A DNA stretch of 64,000 nucleotides from the human T2T-CHM13v2.0 reference genome, Homo sapiens. Position numbers and translations under genes: made by a program. The notes below the pieces were generated by a model. That model was not told the origin of the DNA, searched no databases, and saw only the letters and a program-made list of their open reading frames with translations. This document shows, piece by piece, positions 39,029 to 51,382 of the stretch (within the stretch, counting starts at the first letter, position 1; each line of letters starts with the position of its first letter). The stretch is from assembly GCF_009914755.1 (NCBI RefSeq), contig NC_060929.1; one strand, written 5' to 3'.

Positions 39029-39659
39029 GTATGCTATTAGCATTATTCTCAAGTTCTATTTTTCTCCTTCCCTTTATTATAAAGCTACTATGACATATTT
39101 TATAACCATTTTTTTCCTAATCATGCTAGAAAATGTGTGACTACTGATTCCTTTAAAAGATTTGTATAGAGTTAGATTGCTGTCTTGCTCCAGCTTTTGA
39201 AAATAACTAGAAATCTTGGATAAAATATAAAAAGCAAGATATCAATTCTCAAGCCGGGAACTGAGATCAGAAGAGCACTAGATCCAGCTTTGCAGTGGGG
39301 TCTGTTACTAAGCCAGGTGTACTTGAGTTTTAATTTTCACAGCCTCAAGGGGTATGGGAAACAGAATGCCCCAGGGTCAGCCCCAGGTTGGATGTCACAG
39401 GTGATGGTTCAGATGAAGATGCGATCCCAAAGGGTTACAACCTAATATAGGATAGGAAAAAACAATAAATAAATACTCCACCCTCAGACTCACGCTACTG
39501 CAGGGAAGATCAACTGTCTCAACCCTTGACTCTGGGCAGATTGTGTAGGAAGAATGCCCTGGAGAATTTGGAGCCCACCAGTTGAATCCTATATATAAAG
39601 CCCTAATTCAAACTCCTCATGAGGTCCAGAATGCCTCAAGCCAAAAATTTAATTTAGAA

Positions 39660-39850
39660 GAGGGTTTTCATCCAATGAGGATACCACCTAACACAGGAGG
39701 TGTTTGGAAATGTTTTGGGATGTTTGGGGGTTCTCACAGTTACTGGGTGCACTACAAACATTTTGCAGATGGCAAACAGAGACAGGAAACTTCCATAATA
39801 AAGAAATGTCCCATCCAAAATGCTAACATCATACTCCTTGAGAAACACTT
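39660..39850 (+). mobile_element. MER20B-like hAT fossil
   Basis: 'aagaaatgtcccatccaaaatgctaac...ttgagaaacact' terminus. Confidence 0.5.
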
Positions 39851-39990
39851 ATTTGACATAAATGGGCCTCACTCCTAGGCACCTGAGAAAGCACAACTAA
39901 ATTTGCCCAGAGAAACCCACTTTTATCTCAGATTTAAAACATTTTTACAATTCTCAAAGGAAAATAAGAATATCATAGTCAAAAATAAAC

Positions 39991-40565
39991 AATATGGAGT
40001 TTTTTCTCAAATAACTAAAAATACAACTACCATTCCATCTAGCAACCCACTACTGGGTATCTACCCAAAGAAAAAGAAATCAATATACCAAAAAGATACC
40101 TGACTCATATTTATCGCAGCACTATTCACAATAGCCAGAATACAGAATCAAGCTAAATGTCCATCTACAAATGATTAGATTAAAAAATGTGGCATATATA
40201 CACAATGGAATACTACTGGGCCATAAAAAGAATGAAATCATGTATTTTGCAGCAACATAGATGGAACTAGAAGTCATTATCTTAAGTGAAAGAAGCAGGT
40301 ACAGAAAAGCAAATGTCACATGTTCTCACTCATCCATGGGCGCTAAAAAATGCATACACATGGATGTGGAGAATGGAGTCCATAGACAGTGGAGACTAGG
40401 AAGGGTGAAGGGGTAGGAGGGTGAAGAATAGTAAATATTTATATTATTGAGGGATGGATACTCTGAAGCCCTGACTTGACCATTACACAATCTATGCACA
40501 TGAGAAAATTGCACTTGTACCCCATAAATATATACAAATGAAAAAAATAATAATCTAATAAAATA
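39991..40565 (+). mobile_element. L1PB/L1MA-type 3' end
   Basis: End of ORF2 (SNPLLGIYPK), 3' UTR and A-rich tail. Confidence 0.88.
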
Positions 40566-40579
40566 AGGAAATAAGGCGC

Positions 40580-41090
40580 AACCCACAGTAGACATGAGAC
40601 TGAGAGATGACAATTTCTGCACTGGTACCTGAAGGGTTGGTTAGATGACAGGTTCTGCAGAGTCACCACTCCCTCCAACATGACACAGCACTGCCAGCAC
40701 AGGCCTCCTCCCCGGCCCGACCCTCTTAACACCTGCACCCAGGTCCCTGCTCCAGCTGGAGGGTGGCCTATCCCAGCTGACGCCATGCAACTCAGTCCCT
40801 AGTGAGGACAGCAGCAGGTGTGGGGTATAGATACGGTGGGGAGGCTGAATGGGGCACAGAGGCTCAGAGAACCTGTTCTGAGCCTGGGTCCACACCTGAG
40901 TGGAGGCTCCAAGCCTATAGTGCATGCTGCATTGTCCCATTGGCTCCACTTGCAAAACACAAATTCACATTAATTAAGAATAAAGAATTTCAAGATGGCA
41001 ACTGCATAGCTCTAAAACCCTAGTGAGGGGCCTTTCTGTGCATGGGATCCTGTGTGACCACCGTAGTCACACACCACCCAGCTGGCCCTG
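40580..41090 (-). mobile_element. hAT-Tip100 fossil (Zaphod/MER115/MER91-like)
   Basis: Minus strand begins 'cagggccagc...cacacagg' and contains 'gccatcttgaaattctt...tgtgttttgcaagtg...aatgggacaatg'. Confidence 0.6.
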
Positions 41091-41540
41091 GCTCTTGGCC
41101 ACACTGACAACCTGCTGATGTGGCCAGGCCAGCTCTCAGCTGCCAGGAACTGCTTTTCTCTTTCTTAGGGGAATAAACCTATCTGTAGGAATTCTAGAGC
41201 TAGGTATGGAAAGGGAGTTAGGAGGTCTCATTGTTTATATAAAGTTTGCACAGTGTTTCATTTAATGCCCTTGTTTTCGGTACCCAGTTTCTCAGCCAGG
41301 AATTCTCAAGCCTGGATTTCTTCTGCTTCAGATTCTTCATAGCATAAGCCTCCAGTCTTCTGCCAGGGAAAGAGAATCCAGTCTGGATTCAATCTGGAAT
41401 CCAGATTAAAATGGAATGAGGGAGGTGTCTGGGGTAGTTGCTTCTCGTAAAAACTTTCAGACAACCTTTCTGTGTCTAGCCCCACACCCCATTGTCAGAG
41501 GTGTATGATACTTTCCATTTTCAGAAACTTCCATTTCAGG

Positions 41541-41664
41541 GGTAATGGGTGCACCAAAATCTCACAAATCTCCACTGAAGAACTGACTCATAATCAAACA
41601 CCACCTATTCCCCAGTAACCTATGGAAATAAAAAAATTAAAAATAAATAAAAATAAAATAAAAT
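41541..41664 (+). mobile_element. Very short L1PB1-like 3' end
   Basis: 'gggtgcaccaaaatctcacaaatc...aacctatggaaataaaa'; perfect 16-bp TSD aaacttccatttcagg. Confidence 0.92.
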
Positions 41665-42549
41665 AAACTTCCATTTCAGGACTTTCTGTGATGTAACTTG
41701 ACTTGGCTTCCCCTCCTCAGCTTATATTTCCATTTCCTCTGCATTGCTAATTCATTGCTAATTGTGTTACTGTTCTCCTCTTCACTCTTATGCTCTTTCT
41801 TCTATGGGATTTTGGCTTTTCAAATCTCTACAGTTGTCATCTTAATGGGGTTTGGGAAAGGTCAGAATGGTACATATGTAATCAATTCTACATGTGTAAT
41901 TGTAGGTCTCTCTTTATTTCCTTCTCCATTTGAAAACAGAAGTTCTCTTTCTCTTTTCCCCTCTTCCCCAGTGGTTGCATATAGGGAATACTGGTCATGG
42001 TTAGATTTGCAATTTCAGCCTAAGATGGGAGATCCTGAAAAGCCTGGTCTCAAATAGGGGGGATGCATTGACATTGTGTCTACTGGAAGAGGGTGCATGG
42101 GGGCTGGACGACCAAGCAATAAAACATATTAAATACCTAATACCTAATTTAACAGGAGCTCCAAAAGCACTGTGATTCCTTCTTCTCTGGAAACTGCAAC
42201 TGTCACATGAGGATGAGGCTCCAACAGCAGCATCTCTGCCATGGATGCCCTCAGTCCTGAACAAGGAACACAACTGGGCCAATCAGATTTTCTCCCTTTG
42301 GAGTTTCAACTTTGAACTGAGATGACAGAATTAGGAGTTATCAGTAACAGTGGCAAGTAAATGGCAGCACTCTAGAGGGGAGGCCCTCAAATTCCGTTGC
42401 AGAGGCCCCAAGAGCCACCAAAGTCCCTGCACATCACAAACCCCATAGGTGAGCTTTTCTTTATGTACCACGAGATACCATCATACACCATAGCTGCCCA
42501 AGGAATCCTTCCCTTTTCACTGAAGGTGCTGCACTCAATTACCAGGATG

Positions 42550-42760
42550 CAGTGGTGTGCTGAGCTGAAGCTGCAAGAACCAATCATGCACATATCTTTC
42601 CCACTTTATGTTCAGTGACTTCACACTGACGAGTTGAAATCAACCATAGTGAGAGTATTTACATCACAAGAATTGGCAAATACCACAGATCAGAGTTCAG
42701 GGGTCAACCCCCTTCCCTCACCGGGAGACCTGGTTCTAAGCATTTCACGCCACAGCACGG
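42550..42760 (-). mobile_element. MER63A-like (hAT-Blackjack)
   Basis: TIR 'cagtggtgtgctg'; body 'ttgaaatcaaccatagtgagagtatttacatcacaagaattggcaaa'. Confidence 0.7.
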
Positions 42761-44759
42761 ATTGTAATCCTAGTTTACTTTTCCCTGGCCCTCAGTTTGC
42801 CCATCCCTAAGTGGGCAGAATACTTCTCCTTTCCTTTCTTGTCACAGATGTTGAGATTTAACTGAAATAAACAGAAAATAAAATGAAAATTTTAAACTAG
42901 TCAAATGTTCAGTATTTTTAACATTATAAATGTCAATTGATTTCAATTAAACAATGATTATTAATGACATATTGTTTAATGTGTTAATAATTTTATGAGA
43001 ATAGAACATAGATTAGACATAGATTTGACTGGTTTATGCATAACTTGAGGAAATAAAGATAATACAGCAGTATTTAGAATATATTACGGATATAAGTATA
43101 TTTTCCATCTATTTTCTTTAGCAAGTTACAACAACCCCAACGAGAATCAGAGAGAGGAGAAAACTAAGTTATCTTTTAATGCCTTCCTCCCATTCCACTT
43201 GGTAGAAAATTTGAAGCATTTTTCTCTGAAAGATTAAAACAATCAGTTAGTCTGAAGATGACAAAATCAACTGTCAGTATAATACATTATTGCTTTATAT
43301 TTGTATATAAATATTTTTTATAAAGTGAATCTATAATCCTTCTTCAAGTCTATTAACGTCTATTTTTATTTTACTTTAGAGTCTCAATACAACTCTCACC
43401 TTGCTTTTTTTCTTTTACTTACATATAAGATAGAGGTCCTCAGATAAAATATGGCTTGAATTTCAATTTCAGGTGCAGAGTAAGAATGTGCAACTACTAC
43501 ATTTAGATCCGTATCTTGAGTTTTGTGTTCTGTGCTCTAAACAATTGAATTACCATTAACTCTGCGTCCCTCACTGAAAATAGATATTGAATCAGGAAAG
43601 TGTGGACATTTATCATTGTGAAAAAATATGTGTAAGGTAAGCAATTCAGATAACATTAGAAAACTACAACAAAACAGGTGTGCTTATTATTTATAGGGTG
43701 CTTTTGAGAACATAAAGAAGGGACAGCCCTTGTCCACTGGGACCGTGGTTGAAGGACAAAAGAGGAAACAGGCTAAATAAGCAAATCAAAAACACGAGTC
43801 TGAAGGAAGGCGAGCTTCCCGGATGAGATATTACTGACATTCAGTTTCATTTATCTTCTTCCTTGAGCCATCTGTCATGCCTTCTCCTAGGGGGAGAATT
43901 TTATTAGGGGACTGCATTGAAAAGATTTGGTGAAACATAATTCCGAAAACAAATTTGCAAGCGAGGGATTTTGCTGAGAAAAGCCTAAGAGAAATATGTT
44001 TTTCACACATAGGGAGCAGCCTACGAAAATTTATAGGTAGAAAGGGAATATCAAGATCTAGAGAAAAATGAAGAAAATAAAATATATAAACAAGAGAGAA
44101 AAAAACTTACTAAGACAAGGTAAGGAAGGGACTTAAAGACAGTTATGATGCATAACATAGTGTTATATCTTTACTTACAAACAATTCCGAATTATACAGC
44201 TCTCAGGACTCAAGTTTTTACTTCTACACCAGAATAAAGTTGCAAAGGAGGCTCCACGCAGAAGCGATTTTACTTCTTGTCCTGCTAGATGGCCTCTCCC
44301 TTCCCCCTCCTTAGGTGCCAATTGTATGCTTGCCCACCAAGACCTCTCCCAGGTCTTTTATCTTTAAACTTTATCTCTGATTTGGAACGAAAAGCCTTGC
44401 CCAGCGAAAGCAATTTCAGGCATCACTGAACAGGAAAGCTTTTTCCCCAAGCCTATGGAATCTATCATATACCATCACTTGTGTATATTCTACACATTTT
44501 TAATTATCTTGTAGTTTTAGGGGCAGGCAAAAATTATAACTTCACAGTGCTGATAACTTATCCATATTAGAATTCAATAAATGAAACGTTCAGGATGGTA
44601 AGAGTATAAGCGTATTCCAAAACTGAATAACATCATGGCCACTAGCAAGCGGAGGGCTACAGGAAATCTTCTCAGCAAAAGAAAGGAAGGTGGTCTGCAC
44701 CTTGGTGATCTTTGGAAACCTCCGTAAATACAACATGGTAACAATTCCTTCAGCTCTTT

Positions 44760-47700
44760 ATGTATTCACACCTTCAACAAATACTTACTGAGCAGCTACT
44801 CTGTGTCAGGCCATGTTTATAGCATTTGTTCTCTGAACTGAGCAAGACCAAAAAAAGGTACCTGTTTCCATGGGCCTTCCATTACAGGTGAGAAAGGAAA
44901 GCAAAAACACAAATACACAGGAAACATGTCAGCTGGTGATAAAATGCTATACAGAGACCTGATGCAATAGATTAAAACTAGGTGGCAATTTTAAGTTATG
45001 TGGTCAAATAAGGTCTCTCCAGAGAGGTAATATTTCAATTAAGCAAGTATGCGTGGCAGTAAGAGGCACCCAAGTAAAAATCATGGAGGGAGAACATTCC
45101 CAGCAGAGGAAATAGGTGCCCTAAGCAGGGAAGGAGGCCCATGTGGTTGGAATGCAGTGAGTCAGGTGTGAGGGCATGAGGTGAAATTGGAAATGTAGGC
45201 AGAGGCCAGATCATAGAAAGCGGGTAGTGTAAGAGGAAAAATGATTGGATTTTATCCCGATTGCTATAGAAAGCTCTTGCAGGCTTTTAAGAAGTGGAGC
45301 AATTAGATCATATTTAAATTTTAAAAGATCATATTGGCAGCTGTGCACAGGATGGGTCATAAGGTGTCAAGGGGAAAAGCAGAGAGACAAGTTCAGAAGC
45401 TAACACAGCCGGCAAAATGAAAGCTGACAACAGTTTGGATTAGGTCAATAGAAATAGAGCTATCCGGAAGTGGTCAGGCTCAGGACACACCTTACAGTGC
45501 CCTCAACAGATGTTGTTTATGAATTGGATAGAAAGGACCGAGAAGGTGGGGGAATCAAATCATACATTTTTGCTCAAGGAACTGGGTGGATAATGGTGCA
45601 TTAACTAAAACAGAGATACCGGGAAGGAACAAGTTTGTTGAGGAGATGTAGGGAGATATGAGTTCTCTTTGGCTACATTAAGTTTGAGATGTTTATGATA
45701 TATCCAAAAGGAGATTAGATAGTTAGATATGCCAGCCCAGAGCTTAGGAAGATGTCAGCGGTAATTACGTGAGACAGAGTCGCTGGTTTACAGATAGTAT
45801 TAAATTGCATGGAGTAGATGAGATCTGTAGCAGTGTCTGTGGCAAAGGAGATGGGAGAGATTCCTGGGGATCTCTGAGAACTTGTTGTCTGAGAAGGAAA
45901 AGCTTCTGAAAAGAACTCAAACCAAGAGAGAGTGGTATCATAGAAGCCAAGAGAAGAACATGTTTTAGAAAGAAGTAGTCAGCTGAAAGATAAAGGAAAT
46001 TAAAAGATAAATGTAACTATTGGACATGGCAATATGGTAGTCATTAGTGACCTTGGCAAAATGAGCATCAGTGGAGTAGTATTGATGAAAGTGCAGTCAG
46101 TATGGGTTGAATATTGCAGTGTGATGTGGAGATATCGTATCAGCATCAACTGATAGCCACTTAAGGTGTGGAAGGGAAAGAAATGAATAGGTAACTGGAG
46201 ATGGATGTGAGGTCAAAGCATTTTTTTAGATAGATGATATTGGAACACTGTTTCAGTAGGAAGAAAGATACTGATGAAGGAGTTGGATGTGGATAACAGC
46301 AGGTACAGACTGCCTGTGAACTCAAAAAGTGTTGGGATCCAGGGTGTAAGTAGAGAAACTGGCATTAGATAGCAACAAGAGCCTTTAGTCCACAGTAAAA
46401 AGAGGGAAGTCAGAAAATACAAGAGAGATGGAAATAAATTGACAGATTTGATGGTGGGAGGAGCAGAATTCCCATCTGAATTCTTCTGTTAATAAATTAT
46501 AAGATAAGGTCATCTGCTGAGAGGCAGAGAAGAACATGTAAAGAGATTAAGGGGTGTAAAATAGACATTTTGGATAATGAGAAATTAAACATGCTAGGGA
46601 AATGCAGTAAGATCATGGGACAATATTGACTATTCATTGAAGATTTGTTGATAATTAGTTGAAATCATTTACAGTATGCCAAATCAACATCACTGTATAA
46701 TTTTCTCCAATAATGTTTAGCTGCTTGAGTTCAGCATGGAGAAAGTAAACAGCTGAATTGGAACTACATGGGAGATTTGTAGATAAGAGCAACATACAGA
46801 AGTAAGAGTTTTTGATGGAGTAATTAAAATGAAAGGTCTGAAAGCAAGGGTGGTTAAGAAGGAAAGTGATGGCATGAGGCTTGTGATATGGTTTGGCTCT
46901 GTGTCCCCACCCAAATCTCACCTTGAATTGTAATAATCCCCATGTGTCAAAGGCAGGACAAGGTGGAGATAATTGAATCATGGGGGCAGTTTCCCCCACG
47001 CTGTTCTCGTGATAGTGCATGAGTTCTCATGAGATCTAATGTTTTTATAAGGCTTTTGCCCTTTGCTGGGCACTCATTCTCTCTCCTGCTGCCCTGTGAA
47101 GAGGTGCCTTCTACCATGATTGCATGTTTCCTGAGGCCTCCTAGCCATGCAGAACTGTGAGTCAATTAAACCCCTTTTCTTTATAAATTACCCAGTCTTG
47201 GGTAATTCTTCATAGCAGCATGAAAACAGACTAATAGTTTGTAACTGGTCATGAGAATTTTTTGGAATTCCACATGGAAGAATTGAGATAGAAAAATAGC
47301 TCAAGTGGAAGGAATAGAGAAGGTTGGCTGGAAGGTGGGAGTTACAAGTCAGTGCTTGATGTCAAGGTTATTAAGTAATCTCCTTATTGACGATGACTAT
47401 GTCGAGAGTGAAACCATAAGAGTGAATTGCTGGAGTGGATGGAGAAAAAGTAATAGAGGTGAATGGCTAAGGAACTAAGAAACCAAAACATGGGGATAGG
47501 TCCTAGACATGGATGTTGAAGTCATCAAGAATGGTGAGGGGTTGAAATGAAGAGACAGTCTGGTAAAGTCATCAACAATTCAACAAAATGGGATGTAACC
47601 GGATACGGGTTGAAGGTAGCAATTAGGAGGAATGCAGGTAGTACAGTTTAATGGCAGAGACACAAGGGAGCTGGAGACTTAGAAGAAAAGGAAGGAGAAA

Positions 47701-47850
47701 TTGTGTAGAAGCAACAACCAAGAAAATGCAAGATATTCCTAATGCCAAGTCCAAAGTTTTTTAGGATGTGGATGACTAAAAATCTTCTGTTCAACATGTT
47801 TACCAGAGAAGCAGTGTTATGGAGCAAGAAGAAGATACAGAAAAGAGGTT
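44760..47850 (-). mobile_element. Long L2 relic, split by a THE1 LTR
   Basis: 3' end 'ttcaacaaatacttactgagcagctactctgtgtcaggc'; purine-rich antisense L2 body ('gtcattagtgaccttggcaa'). The far boundary is uncertain. Confidence 0.7.
46884..47236 (+). mobile_element. THE1-type solo LTR
   Basis: 'tgatatggtttggctctgtgtccccaccc...gaaaacagactaata'; TSD gcttg / gtttg. Confidence 0.93.
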
Positions 47851-47899
47851 AAGAAGGAATACCGAGGAAGTTTTGATGATAGATATAGATTATTTTCCA

Positions 47900-48150
47900 T
47901 ATCATCCAAGAAATACTCATTGGTCTGGGCAGAGTTCTGGGTACTGTGTGTGGGTACAATGATGAACAAGACAGTCAAGGTCTCTGCTCACAAGGAACTT
48001 GCATTCTGGATGGAGGAGGGAAAAATGAACAAATGATAGAGAAAACAAATCAGGTACCGTTTCAGGCAATGAAGGGAATTTAAACAGTGTGATTATGATC
48101 TGACCAAACAGCTTCTATAGATCAGGGACTGATGAGGGACACTTAAAACA
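47900..48150 (-). mobile_element. L2 3' fragment
   Basis: 'gatgaacaagacagtcaaggtctctgctcacaaggaacttgcattctgg'. Confidence 0.65.
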
Positions 48151-48314
48151 GGGCCCAGCAGAAGGGTTGGGACAGGCAGGGGTAGAAATGCATTCCAATT
48201 AGCGGCTGTACAGGGAAGTGTAGGGTGCATAGGCCATGGGATGCTGGATCACTGGGGGTGGACTAGGGCATAAGATGTGTTAGGAAGGATTGCAGCTCCA
48301 GGTGGCATAGCAAC

Positions 48315-48774
48315 TGTGTTAATGTCCTAGGACTGTTGGAACAGAAGTCCCACAAAGCAGGTAGCTTGAAATAACAGAAATGTATTCTCAGTGTTCTGGA
48401 GGCCAGGAGTCCAAAATCAAGGTATCAGCAGGGTTGTTTCCATCTGGAGGCTCTGGAGGAGAATCTTTCCCATGCCTCTCTCCTCGCTGCTAGGGCCTGC
48501 CGGCCATCCTTGGCTTTCCTTGGCTTGTGGCTGAATTGCTCTACTTCTGCCTGCCTGCATCTTCACATGGCTGTCTGTGTCTTCATGTCCCTGTGTCTCT
48601 ATCTCCCTCTCCTTATAATGACACTAGTCATGGGATTTAGGGCCCACCTTACCCCAGTATGACCTTATCTTAACTTGGTTACATCAGCAAAAAAACTCAT
48701 GTCCAAATAAAGTAACAGGTTCCCAGGTTCTGGGTGGGCAAGAATTTCAGGGAGACACTATTCAACCCAGGACG
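48315..48774 (-). mobile_element. MLT1C-like solo LTR
   Basis: 'gttctggaggccaggagtccaaaatcaaggt...gacactattcaaccc'; TSD gcaac / gcagc. Confidence 0.85.
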
Positions 48775-49025
48775 GCAGCCAAGGGGTGTCGCCCCAGACT
48801 CATGAGGCTAAGGACTGCCTCACATCTTCCAAAGCAGGGCATTGCAGTGTGGTGGTAAGGAGAGCTAAGTACACAGACACTCTGGCTCCTAGCCCTGGGG
48901 GAGTGGGGGTGTGGCTTGAGCAATAGCAAGAGGTGAAAAGAGGGGAAATAGAGCACATCTAAATTGAGATTCCAGCTCAACTGTGGAGGAGACAGGCAGT
49001 ATCAGCAAGTGTGATAAACCGATTA

Positions 49026-49405
49026 TGTTGTGGGCTAGGTTGAATTCACATGTTGAACCCCTAATCTCCAATGTGACTGAATTTGGAGATAGGGCTGTTA
49101 GGAAGGTAATTAATGTTAAATGAGGTCATAAGGGTGGGGCCCTAATCCTATAGAAATGATGTCCTTACAAGGAGAGGAAGAGACACCAGAGAGCTCTGTG
49201 TCTCCTGCAGGCACAGAGAAAAGGCCATGTGAGGACAGGGAGAGGCTACTATCTACAAGCCAGGAACAGAGGCTTCACTGGAGTCCATCTCTGACAGTGC
49301 CTTAACTTGGCCTTTCAGCTTCCAGAACCGTAAGAAAATAAATTCCTGTCATTTAAGCACCCAGTTTGTGGTGCTTTGTTACGGCAGCCCTAGCAGTCTA
49401 AGACA
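49026..49405 (+). mobile_element. MLT1A0/MLT1B-like solo LTR
   Basis: 'tttggagatagggc...gttaaatgaggtcataagggtggggccctaatcc...ggcagccctagcagtctaagaca'. Confidence 0.88.
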
Positions 49406-50079
49406 TCAAGTCTTCACTTTAGGTATAATAAATAGAAGTCAAATGTCCCACAGAGATAAAGGTGAAAAAGGAGATAAAGGAAGGAACACCTTTAATATGG
49501 CAGAGTTTCTCATTTGCTTATAAAGGATTTTTTATTAAACAAATATTTATTGTGCACTTATTATATACAAGCCACTTAGTTGCATTGCTAAATTTCAGAC
49601 ACCTGTCAAAATCCATTGGAAATTAATAGGCTTTGATCTCATGCCAAAGAGAGAATGACTGTGTAGGGCCATTGTGTGCTTCACCATTTCTAGGCATCAA
49701 ATGGAAATAATGTTCACCTTATGGTATTGTGATCTCAAAGAGATGAAAAATAAACCTGTGCTGTGAAAGTCATATGATATTAATTATTTCTTAACATTGG
49801 GGAAAACATTATTTTAAAAAAATATATCCTGGCATTATAGACGTTGTTCTTCATGTCATCTCTGGCAGCAAGAGCTGAAATTGTTTCATCCACTTCCCTG
49901 TGTCTTACACTTCTAACTTCATGTTCTATTCTCGCTATCCCAAGCCATTTCCATTTGATTGTCACATGGGGAATTATTTTGACCCTTGATAACAAGTTTA
50001 GAAGCTTCTTGCAATCCAATTTTACAATTTGCATTCACTTTCAGCTATTCATGGTCTCCCTGAAAGAGCATACAAATAG

Positions 50080-50620
50080 CAATCAAAGGGTCACTCGGAA
50101 GGTCTGGTCTGGTTTAACATCTTTATTAGCAATCTGGAAGAATGCGAAAACACCACTATAATAAAATCTGATTCTAAGCTGGGAGTTGCTGCAATGACAG
50201 AGGAATAAATTGAGGAGAAAACCACAGAGTAACTGAAATTCAACTTGGCAAGTTACAATCTAATATATCTTGGAACTAAAAAAGAATTCAAAACATGGAC
50301 TGTCAATAGATGAGTGAAGTCAGTCAAATATTAATGTCCTAGAAGGCCTAAGGGTGATGGCAAAGTTTATTGTGCATGTTAGCAGAAATGAGATGGGCTA
50401 CACAATGATCAATGCTATTTTGCACAGCAAGTAAGGAAATAAAGTGAAGAAGGAAAATGTAAAGGATTGGTGAGATGGCGTCTAGAATTCGATATTGTAC
50501 TGGATGTGTTATTATTTGAAAACTTGCTCAATTCTAGAGAGGTTAAAATCATTTATCAAAGGAAGAGTGGAAAGAGAGGACTGACATTGGCAAAACCATG
50601 TTGAATGGAGGATTGAAGTA
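50080..50620 (+). mobile_element. CR1/L3 LINE reverse-transcriptase fossil
   Basis: 50104-50193 translates LVWFNIFISNLEECENTTIIKSDSKLGVAA (CR1 pattern LFNIFINDL....L.KFADDTKLGG). Downstream LKFNLASYNLIYLG, EGLRVMA and NAIL follow the expected order. Confidence 0.7.
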
Positions 50621-50664
50621 GATAAATATGATCTGGCTGCTTTAGCAATTATTAAAGATTGCAG

Positions 50665-50890
50665 AAAGCAGTGTAGCATAGTAAGAACGAACTTCAAAAT
50701 CAGATTGGCTTTGAGTCTCTCGTTCTGCCACTTACTGGTTGTTTGACCTTCAGCAAGTTATGTAACTCTCAAAGTCTCAGTTTCTTCCTCTCAAAATCAG
50801 AAATAGTAGGAGTAACTAATTCTTAGTGTTGAGAAGTGAATGAGACAGAGCATGCTGAGATAAATTAAATTCTCAATAAATGTTGACTAA
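50665..50890 (+). mobile_element. MIR
   Basis: 'tctgccacttactggttgtttgaccttcagcaagttatgtaactctc...tctcagtttcttcctct'. Confidence 0.85.
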
Positions 50891-51358
50891 AACAAACAGC
50901 CATAATGATGGCCCACACGTAATTGGAAAAGTTTTTATATTAATATACATACATTTTGGTCAAAATTTTACTTTTAATTAGAGATAATTTTTGCAGAGGA
51001 ATTTTTCTAGGTGTGACATTCAACTTAGAGTTTCCGCCCAACTATTTGGCAGCTTCTCTGGAAGCAGAGTATAAATGATAAGTAGTTCACTGTCCCATCA
51101 GTTCCTCCACCACCTAATTCTACCATCTGTCCTCCCATCTCTTCCTAATCAGAATAGCCCTAATAGGCAGTCCTAGATCTAGTGGTTTTTTTTAAAACCA
51201 AGAGAATATGGAATGAGAACCAGATGGTAAATTTGAGCATATCTAGGACAATCACTTTATTTAGCTACAAAAGCAAACAAACAAAATTAAACAGTGGTTT
51301 CTCCTTTTTATATGTTGGTTTCCCTGGCCAAATATCTTCTTGAACTTTTCTAGATGAC

Positions 51359-51382
51359 AAAAAAAAAAAAAAAAAAAAAAAA
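51359..51382. repeat. Poly(A) tract
   Basis: About 24 A. Confidence 0.9.
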
